Shown: positions 1-14,463, counted from the stretch's first letter. The stretch: DNA of 64,000 nt from Ramazzottius varieornatus (GCA_001949185.1 BDGG01000013.1:1595471-1659470); one strand, 5' to 3'. Program-made: numbers and translations. Notes: generated by a model not told the origin, from the sequence alone.

Positions 1-1451
1 CGGCAGTGTTGGCCGTTAGTCAAAAGCTAATGAACAGATACAGAATTCGACCTTGACTGTACGATTGGCTTACCTGAAGAAGCTCTTCGATATGCACTTC
101 CGAAGGGTTTCGCTGTTGGCCAGCTTCTTCGTTTATTCGCTGTTGGGTAAACTGGGCGAGGAAGCGGAAGTGCGGGGAACCCCACTTGTCCAGTGAAGCT
201 GGATCGGGTGAGAATGACACCCGGAGAACCGCTTTGAGGCGAGTTGACCGCACGAAGACCCAGACGACTGATGATGTCTACGCCCTCCTACAAAAACGAA
301 AAGCGTGTGCACCAAAGGCAGTTCAGCGTATTAAGGAGGATAGACGTACCACAGTTGGAATAATTGTGTAGTTGTCCGGCATGTCCATCTGCAACGAGAC
401 AAAATTGGAAAAAGCCACGCATGGCAACTCTGAGTATACGAATTGAATGTTCACACAAAATGGTTTACGTACATCCGATTCAGTATACCGCATACTATGG
501 CTGAATGTTTGTCCGGAGCTCTTGACCACTGTGGCAGGCGGCAGAAACAGGACGCATTGGGAAGGCAGGATAATCTGGAAAAAAAACTCCACAGTACAGA
601 TAGTCGAAGCTGAGGAAGTAACGTTGAAACTGTGCCAAAGATGGAGTCGTTTACGTACGGTATCGAAAGACCTGGAGCGAATACCATCCTGCAGTATTCG
701 ACATGGGTTCACCAACAAGCCGGCCAAGGTACTCGTGTTGTGTGCTCCGATACTTTCGATGGGAGGGGCGCCGGATGACTCTGTTATCTCACTGCCGTCT
801 GTTGTGTTCGAGGTCAATGAATACGGTGTTGGGGTGGCGGAGGGACTTTCATCGCCACCTGCTGTGGAGTTGGTGGTTGATTCGGCTGTCTCGGACGACG
901 CAGGCGTAGTATCCGACGGAGTACTTTCGTCTGTATCGGTTACCGTTGTTGACTGCGTTGTAAGGTCTGAGTACGTTTTCAAGTCTACAACAAGGAAATA
1001 ACATAGAATTTAATGAAGGAGTAAGATAACAGGGAAAGTCGCAGTGACTACCTGAAGACGAAACTGATTGTACGGTAGAGGGCGCTGTCGAGTTGGGCTG
1101 CTCGGTTACGGCTGCAGGAGCTTTAGCGCGGTCGGTCGTACTCCTGCTGGCATCGGCGACGTTTACGATGACTGCCGGATTGTCTCTGGTGACGCCGGTA
1201 GTGGAGGTACCGTTAACGAACTCAACCACGATAACACGTTTCTCATCGTCACCCGCGGGGATGCTGATGACATCGTCCACATCTGCAACGTCAAGCGAGG
1301 CATATTGGGAGTCGAATACTGCAGGCAAAATTTGGCTGGAAAGGCCTGGACAAATCTTACCTTGATAGCTGTTTTCTAGCGGCACTCCAGATACAAATAA
1401 GCCGAATGACAAGAAGATGACAGCAGTAAATATGCCTCGGTACTTTTCCAT
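1..1451 (-). CDS. Secreted Ser/Thr-rich (mucin-like) protein of unknown function, multi-exon, runs off the window
   Basis: ATG at 1451 with a hydrophobic signal peptide (MEKYRGIFTAVIFLSFGLFVSG); S/T/P/E-rich exons in ORFs 849-1451 and 323-982; further GT-AG bounded exons toward position 1. Confidence 0.6.
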
Positions 1452-1936
1452 AACTATTGCACCACAAAAGATATGCTTGTGGGTTCAAACTGAAGAATTG
1501 CTTCTACTGTACCTACAAACGAACTCTTAACCAACTGACTAATGTCAAAGGAGGTTCAAGTTGCGACTGAACGCTACGACGAACGGACGACTGTAGCACC
1601 GACCTTGTAATTGGGTCGACATGTTCCAGACGGAGTAAAAGTATTGTCTGTTTGAGGTCGAACATGGACTAAGAACAGGATTTCTCTTTTGATCACCGCC
1701 TTTACGTGGCAAATACAGCCAAAATACTCTCTGGTCTTAGTGCCTGCTCACGCCTATTCTGCAGTACTGTCCACTAAAGTACGTGCATTGCTTTGTGCGT
1801 GCCTTTTGCTTTTTCAGAATAACCTTTAACCGAACTGCTCGAAGCAAGAACCACCAGTTATGCACAGAAAACTAAGTGGAAATCCTTGAATTAAGCACGT
1901 TTCATCTGCGTGCGGTGTCGTTCGGCAAGTGGAGCA

Positions 1937-3641
1937 CTAGTAAAGGTGAACACTGTCATTGCTCAAAATGTATTGAGAATTGACGTACGGCGTGTCCACG
2001 GATACACCGCCCTGTGACGAGTACGAAGTGATGGGGTTTTGTCCAGTCTGAGTTCCGTTGAGGCAGCGCCACCTGGTGATGTTGCTTTCATACTGCTCCA
2101 GAAGAAACAGCGCGAAGCCGATGACTAAGGCTGCGATCTAAAAATGTGACAGCACAGTATTGTACAGTAGAAGACTGGCCATTCTGGTTTCTAGATCCAA
2201 GACAATGAATCCGCTGCAGTAGATTGAATTTGCATACAACTACTCCAGCAAAGTAATTTCTAAAGTCAGGAAAGTCTCGTACAACGGTTTTTTTAGAATA
2301 CTGGAGAACCTATTTTGGTTTTAATTTTTACCCACCGATATAAGACTTGATCGTGTTAGTTCAACGAAGCCGGAAGTCGAGACTATCAACGGTTTCATCA
2401 CTGCGCGCTGCATGAAGCTGTACAGCGCGCAAAAGTCCGCCACCGAGGTTTCAGTACCTTTGGGAAATCCTTGGATGTCATAGTAATTTCGACTGTTTAT
2501 CAGCTGGTAATGATACATCAGACTTTGCACCGTCTCCGCCGTCTGAATACTCTGTGGAATAAAAGTTCGATTACCGTCGATGAAATCACTAAACAAGACC
2601 CAGAAGCAATTCTACAGTAATTACCTGATCGTGAAGACGGATAGGAAATATCGACAGAAGCAAGAGCGTGTACACAAAAGACACACAGGACGATCCATGG
2701 AAAATGAACCATTCGACTGGTTGATTGTTGTATTGAAAGAAGGCGGCAATGGAAGAAAAAGTCACCAACAAGTGATTGATGATTCCCGCTAAAATCTGTA
2801 GCCCGAAGATGGATTCAAAATGACTGTGAAGGTTGATTAGGTCCTCGAATATCCCCCTCAGATCTTGCAGTTCCGTCTGGAAAGGTTTATACTTGAAACA
2901 AAGATCTTGCTTCATCAGTCGATCTCGAAGATCGGCCAGACGTTTGTTGAGACACGTGCAGTATTCCTTCAACACACTCGCATAAAAGGCCATCTGTACA
3001 TTGATACAGAGAGCTAAGAATGCCCCGACACCGCTGATGATCACATATGTGGTCTCTTCGAATATTTGGACAGCTGAAATACTGGTTTGGTTGTTGGGGT
3101 TGATCGAGCCAAGAGAAGCTTTCTGTTTGAGATGGTGCATCATACGGCCGAACAAGACATATCGAAGGATGTACAAAGAAACAGGGAACGCGACAATGGC
3201 GTAGAACAATCGACGGTGCTTGATTGTTTGTCTATGTGAGACAGTAACGTGGACTTCGAAACGTTTGAGGGCGACAAGGAAGCGGGTTAGGTGGCGAGAG
3301 TTCAGGGCGAACTGAAGAATGGCAGTACTGCTCTTCCAGTTGACCACTACGGGTCGGAGAATGATGAGAAGGGAGATAATCTTGTTGGGACTGGTGGTGT
3401 AGTCGCGCCAAGCAGACTGGTTGTTGAAGACATTGAGGATGGCCAGGAATAGGAAGACCCAAAGAAGTAGGGTGGTGGAAAGGATGAGGATCTTGCGAGC
3501 GAGGAAGTGCGGGTAAAATGAAAGGTGTCTGCGAGTGTGCTCAAGGTTCGAGGACGGATCGGGGATCAAAAGAAGGTAGGAGAGAACGTGCCACGAAAAA
3601 GGCGGCGAGAACATTTTTGTGCGATTTCCCGGATGATACAA
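1937..3641 (-). CDS. Gustatory receptor-like 7TM chemoreceptor
   Basis: Long hydrophobic first exon (ORF 2589-3641), then an exon ending KPLIVSTSGFVELTRSSLIS and a last exon (~2136-1937) beginning IAALVIGFALFLLEQY; this matches the GR-family C-terminal TM7 pattern and short C-terminal exons. Start codon uncertain. Confidence 0.7.
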
Positions 3642-3854
3642 TAGAACCTCGTTAATAACTTTCAGATCAGTTTACCGAGTGAAAGTTCCCACATCCCACT
3701 TCTTCCGAATGCGTCTATGCTGGGACATTTTTATGATCGAAAAGCAACGCCTGCGACCCTCTCCGGCAACTTCCTACACTGTTGGTGAGAGGGGAAAAAA
3801 TCAGAAGCGCGCGCGTGCCACCATCTCGAAGTGGAAGACATAATTATGCATGTA

Positions 3855-4034
3855 CACGCACGACGAGAAAATATGGGCCAGGCGGAAAAGACGGCAAAAT
3901 AGAAATCAAACCGTAAAAATGTGTCGGAAAGTGCGTTAGTGTGAATCAGTCGCGTACGTACATGCTTCCGTACCGCCTTGGCGAAAAGGCCTGGACCATA
4001 ATTTTTGGTGGCCCATAATTTTCCGTCGCGTGTG
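3855..4034. mobile_element. MITE family A, copy 1
   Basis: TA-CACGCACGACGAGAAAATATGGGCCA ... TGGCCCATAATTTTCCGTCGCGTGTG-TA; interior similar to copies at 6629, 29163 and 55365. Confidence 0.8.
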
Positions 4035-4639
4035 TACAGAACAGCCGAACAGGGCCATTGTACGTAACTTCTGACATGTACAGAACGCATACTTATCCTA
4101 CAGTCCGTTCAAGCCCAGTGTGTGCAATGGTTTTGAAAATTCGGCACCATCGACTGAATGTTTTTTTGTCGATATCGTAAAGTTTAGTACAGCATGGATC
4201 AGGCTTTCTGAGAAAGGTAGTATTAGATAATCTGTAGCAGGGAAGAGAAGTACTGATTTTTGGGAGTAGAAGTGGTTTGCCGGTATAAACAACCAAATTC
4301 TCGATTTTAGTTTCTTATCAAGTGAGGTGGAGGACTCTGCGTATCCTTTTAAGATCAAACAATAGCCCAAATAGTTTCACATCTTTCAAAACCAGAATGC
4401 ATGTAAAAGCTGGAAAAATGGAATGCTGTAGAGAACTGACTGTTCTCAGCGCACATTTCCTCCCACCGGGTGTCAGGCTGACTCGATTTTCCAAGCAGAT
4501 GTATAAACAGACGATTTATTCGGAAGAAAATAGTTTTTACCGCACACGTGCATCAAGTCTTAAGGAAAAGCGAGAATCTGATCCCATCCAAAACATGGCG
4601 CTGTACCCAAAGACAGAGTAGTCTCTGATGCCGGAAACG

Positions 4640-6315
4640 TCAAGGACGTACGAGTGTCTTCCCATGAGATCCCGTCATCAGGAGCAGTTCATGATGTACC
4701 TACGACATAAGTACAATGCTTTGTCTGTCGCACCCGGACAGAGCATGAGCGTATGTTGCTTGAAGGTATTACTGGCGGGATTTCAATCCAACATACCTTG
4801 ACCGCATGATCCAGGGGATATTCAGGCCCAACGAATGGACGGACGTAGCCTTCGTTGACGCCCTTCTCAAGCAACTTCTTCATGGTTCTCCATTCTTCAG
4901 GTGTCGTCTCGCTAACACGGACTCCTGTGATGATGGCAGCTTTCATCATCAACGTCAGACAGTTGATCGCAATGGAAGTCGGCTTGGAACCCACGAGAAC
5001 GATTCTCTTCCGTGGACGACCAATCAGCTCCAGATCTGACTGTAGGTTCGTGCTGGCTACCATTTCGATGATCAGATCGAAACCCTTCGGGCCAATATTG
5101 TCCTACGATGATATTCTGTCATAATTTGACCGAAGAAATAATGTGGGAGACGGGCAAACGGAACATACAAGATCGTTCCGTCAAGCGGCGCACGCCTACA
5201 GCCAGTAGCAATGGAGACGTGCGCTAGTTGAGAAAAGGATCCCGTGCGTTTCCTTTGGCGAACTCTGATGTGTAGGAGATGCACTTACCCTGACTTGCTG
5301 GACGTAGTTTTCCTTTGAGTGATCGAAGCAAAAGTGCGCGCCGCTTTGCAGTACTCGTTCAGTGCCTTCCTTGGTGCTGGCGGTCCCGAAGACATTCATC
5401 CCCTCCGCGACAGCAAACTGAACACAGGCTAGACCTACCTGACCGCTTGCGCCATGAATCAGAATACTTTGTCCGGGTTTTGCCTCTCCCCTGTCGAAAG
5501 ACAGTGAAAATAATACGAGAAACCTTCTTCAGAACTAACGTGCTCAATTAAGTTACGGCGACCGGCCGACAATCTTTCTTATCGTTCGCAAGGGCGTTCT
5601 GATCAGCCTTATTCTGCCGCGATTCTACAGAGTTTGCGTCGGAACTGAACTCGATTCACTGTGCCAAGTTTCTTCGAGGTCCCACTTACGCGATGTACAT
5701 AGCTTTCAAGGCGGTATAGCATGCTGTCCCGATGGACGCACCTTCCTGGAAGGTGTAGTGGTCAGGCAAATAATGGACCTCCGGCTCGAAGGCTTTAAAG
5801 TATTCCGCGTATGCGCCCGAGGATCGAAGCTCGTGCATTATGACGAAAACACGATCTCCAATCTGACACCCCAAGTCCAATGACAACAGTTCCATTTATG
5901 CTGAGCATGAACCATAAAATGGTAATGATCTCTGATGCAGTTGATGAACTTACCTTAAAGTGTTTTACCTCTGACCCGACCTCTGCAACAGTGCCACTGG
6001 CGTCCTTGCCTGGTGTAGCCGGTAGAGGAACTTTCAGCTGCGGCATTCCTGTACCTCGAATATGGGAATCGACCACGTTGACGCCTGCGTATGCCACTTT
6101 GATCACGACCTGTGATAAAGCATATGTGCAAAAAGATACATAGTATTTAGTATATAACGAGATTTGTAGTTGTAGCCGGTCACGTGTACCTCGTTAGGTC
6201 CAGGCTGGGGAACAGGAACATCTTCCACACGCAAGACTTCCGGAGGTCCGTTAACGTGGTAGCGGACTGCCTTCATGGTAGACGGTAACTGCTCCCCGTT
6301 GTGTCCCATAATCAT
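4640..6315 (-). CDS. CRYZ: NADPH quinone oxidoreductase, zeta-crystallin-like (MDR family)
   Basis: MKAVRYHVNGPPEVLRVEDVPVPQPGPNEV, AGVNVVD, PGKDASGTV, LIHGASGQVG nucleotide-binding loop; last exon VHHELLLMTGSHGKTLVRP-stop. Confidence 0.85.
5182..5230. repeat. Intronic N25 palindrome (quinone reductase intron)
   Basis: CAAGCGGCGCAC-25 nt-GTGCGCTAGTTG with outer GATC...GATC. Confidence 0.8.
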
Positions 6316-6628
6316 ATTTTAGAAGTGTCGCAGTATCCTTGGTGCTAGCCAAAAGATCGCAGAATTATATTTGCCGAAAACGGTGGGTTATATTGGGCAA
6401 GCTGCCTGCTTTACAATGCGCTGAGCTTCAGTATTATCCTCGTCGGAAGTTTATCCATCGCGTCAGCTGTGGCTGCTGATATCCGCAGGGTATGACGATT
6501 ACAGTAATTACTTAAGGCGCGTAACAACGCCGTTACAGCGGTAAGCCCGATGAGAATATCGGTACAGTACCGCGCCCGAAGCGAACAATCTAGCGGCAAT
6601 GGATCCGAATGAGACTGGTAATGCCGTA

Positions 6629-6808
6629 CACGCAGGACGAGAAATTATGGTACAGGCCTTTTCGCTACGGCGATACGGAAGCACGTACGTACGCGGCCGA
6701 TTCACAGTAATACACTTTTCGACATTTTTCTACGGACAAAATTCCATTTCGCCGTCCTTTCCGCCTGTCCCATAACTTTTACTGTACCATAATTTCTCGT
6801 CTTGCGTG
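6629..6808. mobile_element. MITE family A, copy 2
   Basis: TIRs CACGCAGGACGAGAAATTATGGTACAG / CTGTACCATAATTTCTCGTCTTGCGTG flanked by TA. Confidence 0.85.
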
Positions 6809-6977
6809 TACAGGACATTACAGTAATAATCCTCACTTCTTTACTACGTCGCACAAGCAAACTTCTAAGAACTGAAACGATCTAAGCTCTGTTTCATCTA
6901 CCGATGGGTGGTACTTTTAGCCTCCTGGCCAACCCATCCAACACTTTGTATGGATTCTTTTACGGCCATAGTTCTTA

Positions 6978-7507
6978 GTTCGCGAGGCGGGTCAAGTTGG
7001 CCGTTTTAGAAAGTTAAGACCAGCTCTTGATCATCCCGCTACGGGGCAAGATCAACTGACAGGATCTCTAATCCTCTGTATGTACGATCCTCCACACGGT
7101 CGTACGCGTGAATCCGTCCCGGGTAGTGAGCACGCGGCAGACCGGCCAATCAACGGTCAGCTGTCAATCAGTCGAACAGNNNNNNNNNNNNNNNNNNNNN
7201 NNNNNNNNNNNNNNNNNNNNNNNNNNNNNTAATCAGGTAATCAATGAGACGCTGGGCTAACCGTGTGTGATTCTGCACATTCATGCTCGACTGATTGACA
7301 GCTGACGGTTGATTGGCCGGTCTGCCGCGTGCTCACTACCCGGATTCACCCGGGACGGATTCACGCGTACGACTGTGTGGATGATTGTACATACTGAGGA
7401 TCAACTGAAAGGATAAGAGATCCTGTCAGTTGATCTTCCCCCGTAGCGGGATGATCAAGAGCTTATCTTAACTTTCTAAAACGGCCAAGTTGACTCGCCT
7501 CGCGAAC
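6978..7507. mobile_element. Long inverted-repeat (foldback) element spanning an assembly gap
   Basis: ~200-bp arms GTTCGCGAGGCGGGTCAAGTTGGCCGTTTTAGAAAG... / ...CTTTCTAAAACGGCCAAGTTGACTCGCCTCGCGAAC; no obvious target-site duplication. Confidence 0.75.
7180..7229. other. Assembly gap (50 N)
   Basis: Run of N. Confidence 1.
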
Positions 7508-7784
7508 CATCCCCACACAACCCGCCAAGGGATGTTTCACGCCTCTGATGACTCACTTCGCCAAGTTCATGAAGCATTACAGTACGATGTTCCGGTTCTG
7601 ACGTTAAAATTCGGAGCAAAATTTTTGTAGTTTCAGGACTTCAGCAAAATTATGAAAACTCATCAGCCAGAAATCACAGTGGGTTCAGTAAAGATGCTAA
7701 GTAAACAGTGTTGGGAAAACAAACAAACCTTGCCATTCTCACTACATGCTAGAATCTAGATCAAAATTAACAGACTTGATAAAA

Positions 7785-10700
7785 TCACCGTAGCTGTTGC
7801 CCTCTGGTCAGCTGAGCATAAGCTCCATCCTTTTTCAAGAGTTCTTCATGGGTACCGTGCTCCATTATTTGACCTTTGTCCATCACCAGAATGACATCAG
7901 CTTCCTTGATGGTCGACAGCCTGTGCGCAATCACTATACAAGTCCTTCCTGCACTCGCAGCTTGCAGCGCCATCTGCACACCCTGAAGACGACAAAAACA
8001 TTCCTTTATATATCACGCCATTTCCGGTGGTCACTTTGTAGAGTACAAATTCCATGGCGCTAGGTTACCTTTTCTGAGGTCGAGTCCAGTGCGGAAGTAG
8101 CTTCATCCAGCAGGAGTATCTTAGGGTCCCCTACGACGGCACGAGCAATGGAGACTCGTTGTCGTTCCCCTCCACTCAGCTGAACGCCTTTCTCCCCGAC
8201 CCCGGTATCGTATCTGTCAGGTAAGTTTTGGACAAATGCGTGAATATTGGCCACACCAGCCGCTCCGTAGATAGTTTCGTCGGGAACAGCGCTGTCTTCG
8301 GGTAGGGCGTACAGGATGTTCTCCTTGATGGTCGTGTTGAAAAGGATAGGTTCTTGGGCCACAATGGACATGCGCGACCGAAAGTGCTCCAGGTTTAATG
8401 TTTTTATGTCCACTCCGTCGACCAGCTGCAAAGCTTACAGTAAACCATCACAAAAAGGTGTTCTTCAGGGTTGCTTGCAGTATCGTGGTCGACTTACAAT
8501 CTGCCCTTCCGATGGATCGTAGAATCGTTCGAGCAACGCCACCACCGTACTTTTTCCACAGCCGCTGGCTCCAACTATCGCCAAAGTCTGTCCGGGCCGA
8601 ACGTGGAAACTCAAGCTTTTCAGGATGGGAACATCGGGACGTGACGGGTAGGTGAAGGAGACGTTGCGGAATTCAATATCCCCTTGCATATTCTGAAAAA
8701 TTTCCATCGTCGCGATCTGACTATTCTATGTACAGTGTAATAGAAAACGTACCAGTGTTTGTCCAGAAGGGTCAAAGACGTCGATGGCTGGGATTTGGTT
8801 CATCATTTTCAAAATTAACCCAGCCGATATCCTAGCCTTGGAGTAATCAGGCAAGAATGCCGAGACTTGGCCGAACGTCATGGCTACAAAGGCTATGCCG
8901 AAGAAGACGCGAAAGACATCGGCAAACTCCATATCGCCATTTGACACTAGGTAAAAGCCGAAGCGGAAGGCTCCAGCATACAAGAAGAAAATGATGGCTT
9001 GTGAGAAGGCATACGTTACAGCGTAGATCTTGTTGCGTCGGAGGTTGAGTCGATGCGGAAACTCGGCGTACTTCTCGAACGTTTGGTAAAAGAAAGCTTC
9101 TTGAGAAAGTGACTGGACAGTCTGGATATTTTCGATAGCCTCTGAAGCAGTCTGTAAACATTTCCAACGAACAAATCAATCTTCAAGTATATGCTGCAGC
9201 ATCGTCCACACATTTTAGTTGTGACTTGGCAAAGGTATATTGAAGAGAAACGGCGCCAAAGTTCAAGCCTTTCTTCCACGTACATTTCCTGCTCGTTCAG
9301 CTTCGCGTGTATCCTTGTTCTGGTCACCGGTGTGAAACTTCATGCTGAGAGCGCCAGCAGCGACGAGAATAGGCCCGGTGCCAATGATGACCAGGCCCAG
9401 CTTCCATCCAAAGACCACAGCGATAGTGATGGCGCACGTCGCGGCCACCAAAGAATTCACCATAATGCCCAATCGGATACCAGTCGCCTGAAGTAATTCC
9501 AGATTTTTCCCAATTCCTTATCGATATACTGTACGGGTATATATCTCTTGCGTTCAGTTTTTAGCCTACCCCTTTGATCATCGGGGCGTCCGTAGCCAAC
9601 CGCGTGGTCAACTTTCCGGTCGCATGTCGCTCCTCGTCAAAATATGCCATATCCTGCCTCAAAATATTCCTGAACGCTACAAACCAAACATTCCCAAACA
9701 TTGTCAAAACTACCTATCAAGCAATCAATCATAGTACATCGGAGAATAGGACGAACGTACTGCGAAGCCGTAAGCGATGCGTCAGCTTATCCCCGCTGCT
9801 TCCAAACATGGACGTCTGCAGAAAATGTCCAAGACCCATTCCGGCTACGACGATAGTATGCGAATACAGTTTGGTACGACAGGGTGCATGAAATACCAAA
9901 ACCAACCTCCAAGGACAAGGAACATGCAAGCCCAGAAAGTAGCGGCTGCCTTCAGCGCATCCCCCGTCTGCTGAAACTCCTCAAACATCTGACTATACAG
10001 CAACGAGAAGGCCGGCATACCGCAGCCCAATAATATACTCCCACATGTCCCTACGACGATCCATTTCACCTCTGGTGTATTTTCCCTCAATATCCGGAAG
10101 AACGTGGGCGCTTCGGCTTGTTCTTCCTTCAGTTCCCTCATCTTTTCCTCCAACGAGTCCTTTTCCGTCTCTTTCTTGTTCTTCTTGACCGACTTCTGTC
10201 TGTGGACTTTGGCTTTAGATTCACTCAGTTCTTCCTTCAGACTTCGCTGGCTGTCACGCCTCTTCGAAGTCTGCGCGTCCGTCCGATGTAAGCGTTGCAG
10301 TGTGACCAATTCGTGGTACATGGCTTTGTGACTGAGCAGTTCCTCGTGGGTTCCTTGTTCGACGACTTGGCCCTTGTCCATGACGTAGATGGTGTTGGCG
10401 TTCTGGATGGTGGACAGGCGGTGGGCGATGGCGATGGTTGCGCGGTTCTGGCAGGCTTTGTCGATGGCTACTTGGACTACGTGTTCGGACTCTGCGTCCA
10501 GGGCGGAGGTGGCTTCGTCGAGCAGAAGGATGGTGGGGTTGGTGACGAGGGCGCGGGCAATGGCGATACGCTGACGTTGGCCACCGGAAAGCTGGCTTCC
10601 GCGTTCACCGACTGTTGTATTGTAACCCTGTAAACGAAATTTGTCTGATCTCAGGTGTTATCGACACGAATGATGATGGTAAAGAGACCGCTTCAGGATT

Positions 10701-13700
10701 CGGATGCCATGTACCTCCGGTAAAGTGATGATGAAACTGTGGATGTTAGCAGCGCGAGCAGCTTGCTCAACTTCCTCCTGTCCTACTTGTCTTCCCAGCG
10801 CGATATTGTCGGCTGCGAGAAAAGGAAACTTTTTTCATATTTTCTGATCCTGGGAAAGCGGAACAGTGCACTTACCGATGGTGAATCCAAAGAGTACCGG
10901 CATCTGGCCGACGACTCCGATTTTTGAGCGGAGCCAGTGGACATTCAGGTCTTTGATGTCGACACCGTCCAGTAGGACCTGCCACAAGGTCCAGGTTTTA
11001 TCGCAGACACTCCAATTGATAAAGAAAATGTGGTTGTCACCTGGCCTTCCTCGGGATCGTAGAAGCGTTGGAGGAGAGCAAGTAAGGTGGACTTGCCGCA
11101 GCCACTGTTTCCGACTAAAGCGATGGTCTCGTTCGGGTTAACCGACACATCGACGCCAGATAGCACCTGAGTACAAACGAACGGTATGACAGTGGAAAAA
11201 ACGAACAGTGTTGAAGTGTTCAACACAGTCCTACGGCTAGCAAGCTAACCTGGACATCGGGACGCGTTGGATAACGGAACTTGACGTTTCTGAATTCAAT
11301 TTTTCCATGACACTGCTGCGGTTTCAGCCCGCTTTCAGAGTACGCATCGATGTTAGGAACCTGAAGGTGAAGCCGAAATTTACTTTCTGGTTCGCCGTTC
11401 GACTTGGAAACCTCTTACGCTGTCAATGACTTCAAAGACGGTGGCAGCAGCTCCCTTGGCCGTAGCGATTACAGCCAGATGTGGAGAAGCGATACCAATA
11501 GAGAAGGCTCCGATCACCACCGAGAAAATAACCGTAAAGATTTCACCGACTTCCCTTTCGCCTTTCAGCAGCAACGTTGACCCGTACCTTCAAAAATGAG
11601 CTCTCAATAAAGTTCTATGTCAGCCGAAAATTTTCGCTCAGTTTTCCGGTCTTACCAGAAGGCCAGTGCGTAAGTTGCGTAGAGGATCATGAAGACAAGA
11701 CCCATTCCAGTACCCATCACGAAGGCTTTCTTGATACCCAATTTCTCACTGGCCTCCAGTTCCCGGTCATACCTACAAGGAGGGTTTGTCGTCAGCGAAA
11801 GTGTTGAATTCAGTCTGTCCTGAACTTTGAGTTGAGTTACCGTTTGACTTCTCTTTTCTGACCGCCGAATGCAGTCACAGTTCGGATGGAGCTTAGTACT
11901 TCCTCCGCAATGGCTCCAGCCTTGACGTACTTTTCTTGCTCCATTGTAGACGCTGATGAAATAACCTATAGCAAATATTAACAACAGCTGCTCTGAAGCA
12001 ATCGTTGACAGGTAATTGATAGGGAGCTATTGGAAGATAACATACAACGCAATTATGATTACGCCTTGTGTACCTTGGCGATAAAGGCGCCGGCTATGGC
12101 CAAGAAGGGTACCACTGACAGCATGACTAGCGTCAAGTCCCATGCTTTGTAGAAACCCACGCTGAAGCCACCGATGAACTGCGCGAATCCAAAGATGGCG
12201 AAGGACATTTTGTCACCCAGACCTTCTTTCACACGTTCCATGTCACTATTGAACAGCATAAAAAATGTCGAAAAATGCCGCGGAATTTGGCGTGCACTAT
12301 TGTCTTACTCGGAAAGGCGGGAAGTCAGCGAACCACTTTCATGACTATCAAACCAGGCCATTTCTTGACGGAGGATCGAATGGAGAAACTTCTTGCGCAT
12401 CTTGTGAATTTGTCGCTCACAGGCCGTTGTCCAACAGGCTACCTGAATAAGCAGCGAATTTTTTGGAGTGTATAAAAGTGTCGCAGTATGGCATTGATAG
12501 CATCGTCTAGACCTATGAACAGCTGGACACTTTTCCAGGTTGCTTTCCTGACCTGAATACTGCTGGACACCAGTACGACGCATCCAATGTAAGCGTAACG
12601 TAGTACGACAATGTCCATCTTCCTGGTCATTTCGGCCATGAAGTCCGGAGGAACCCCTGTTGGGTCAATCGCACGTGATGTCCCGTCGTCGCCCATTAGC
12701 ATTGTCACGAAGAAAGTCTTCAGTTCTCCTACAGAGACAAGAGATCCAGTAAAATCCACTACATCTGGTCAAATCTCTGCACCCGATTCTGGACACCAGC
12801 CTTCGACATACCATAAACGAAATTCAACATCTTTTCATCGAAAGCTTCGTCCAGTTTTCCTGGGCCAAGGTTGGAAGACTGATTGTTGACGACGTTTGGG
12901 AATGGCGTCGATGTGTTCGAGGGAGTGGAAAATAAATTCGTCATGTCGCCTACAGTTTAGGGGAATATTATCGTCAAGCTGCCCATAAATGTCCGCTTTG
13001 GTATGAATAGTGGCCAAAGAGCACCTTACCAAAAACAACGTTCATCGCTGGCCAGGCCTACAAAACAGGAGCAAAATTTCAAGAGAGCACATTCGGGAAG
13101 CTGTACAGTCTTGTCATTATTTTCGTCATTAATTTCTTGCATGTAATCATCACACATACCAAGCCGGTTATGCATGCACAGATGCTTCCGATGATCATCA
13201 ACGCTATATCCAGTCCCGTTGCAAACCGGAACTGCAAAACAAGACATAATGAAAGTTTCAACACGTCTCCCCGTTTAGTCGGAACTTGCGCTGCTTCAAG
13301 TCTGGCCTCCGCCTGATGCAAAGATGCTCATCATCGCTCATGCATTAAGCACAGAAGTTTGAGCTTACCAGTGAAAGGAATGGCACCGGCGGGACACTCG
13401 GCTCCTTTTCCTTCTCGTCCTTCTTGTCATCTTCCGGTCCCTTCCTGGAAACGGCGAAGTAACGCCTGTTACCCATACTGTACTGAGATCATGAGAACGA
13501 GATTCGGGAGGGAGAGATTCAGATCCGGAAGTATTCACCAAAATGCTCGAGAAATTCACGGCATAGTTGCGCTACAGAGTGAATGACTCAGCCGAGAACA
13601 TTTCTCGTTTTCTGTTGACACAAGCAACACACATTTTCTCGTTGCTGATTCACTCCTTGAGCTGCACGGTCTTCACCGCCAACAGGCCAAGATTGATCAG

Positions 13701-14052
13701 CGTGATGAACAGCTCTTATTATGCAAGCAAAACCGGCTCAAAAATACAGCGTCATCGGAGTACTGTAAATCCATAATATCGATATACTGTACAGTATGCA
13801 TCGACATCGCATTGCTTACTTGACTGGATCGGTGAACGTGCCATCGATCGTCACAAAAGACCCGCGCTTTGTCTGTCCATCCATCAGGTTATCCGTGCTC
13901 GGTACATGTATGAAAGCTGGATTATCGTAACCGGTGTATGCTCCCGTAGTCCCTCCATTCGAATCAGCAGGTAACTTCGATCCAGTGTACTTTACGTTGT
14001 CCTCGTTGGACGCCGCCATATCAGTGAACATTGCGTCGCATGTGGCTACCAT
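7785..14052 (-). CDS. ABCB1: ABCB1/MDR-type full P-glycoprotein transporter, about 20 exons
   Basis: Two TMD+NBD halves; Walker [10 protein letters not shown] and GASGCGKST; signatures LSGGQRQR and LSGGERQR; [11 protein letters not shown] twice; AHRLST; FRFATGLD N-terminal motif; LRQEMAWFD. Confidence 0.95.
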
Positions 14053-14463
14053 TCCTCATGTTCACCAGGAAGCAAATTCAGCAGCACCTTCGATTAACGT
14101 CGGGAAACTTACGAGTTTTCTGAGAAAACTTGAGAAACGTTTCGAATGCGGCCTAGCGTTCACCTGCCGACGGTGACAAATCGTCTTTACTTTGTAGTGG
14201 TTACATCGTCCAATGCAAGAATCGAAATTGTTTCGTTATCTTTCTTCTGACTTTATCAGAGGAAACCGTATCTATCAGTAGGGCACTATGAAGTATGAAG
14301 TGTGATTTCTGTGAACTGTGATTTTTGACGGGTGTATGCGATCCCGACAATATACGCAGTTTAATCCGAATTCCGGTTCCGGCCACGCCCATCAAGGTAA
14401 GCCACCAGGTGAAACTGTCCCTCTAGCAGGATTTTTATTTGTTCTCAGGTGGACACGACGGTA

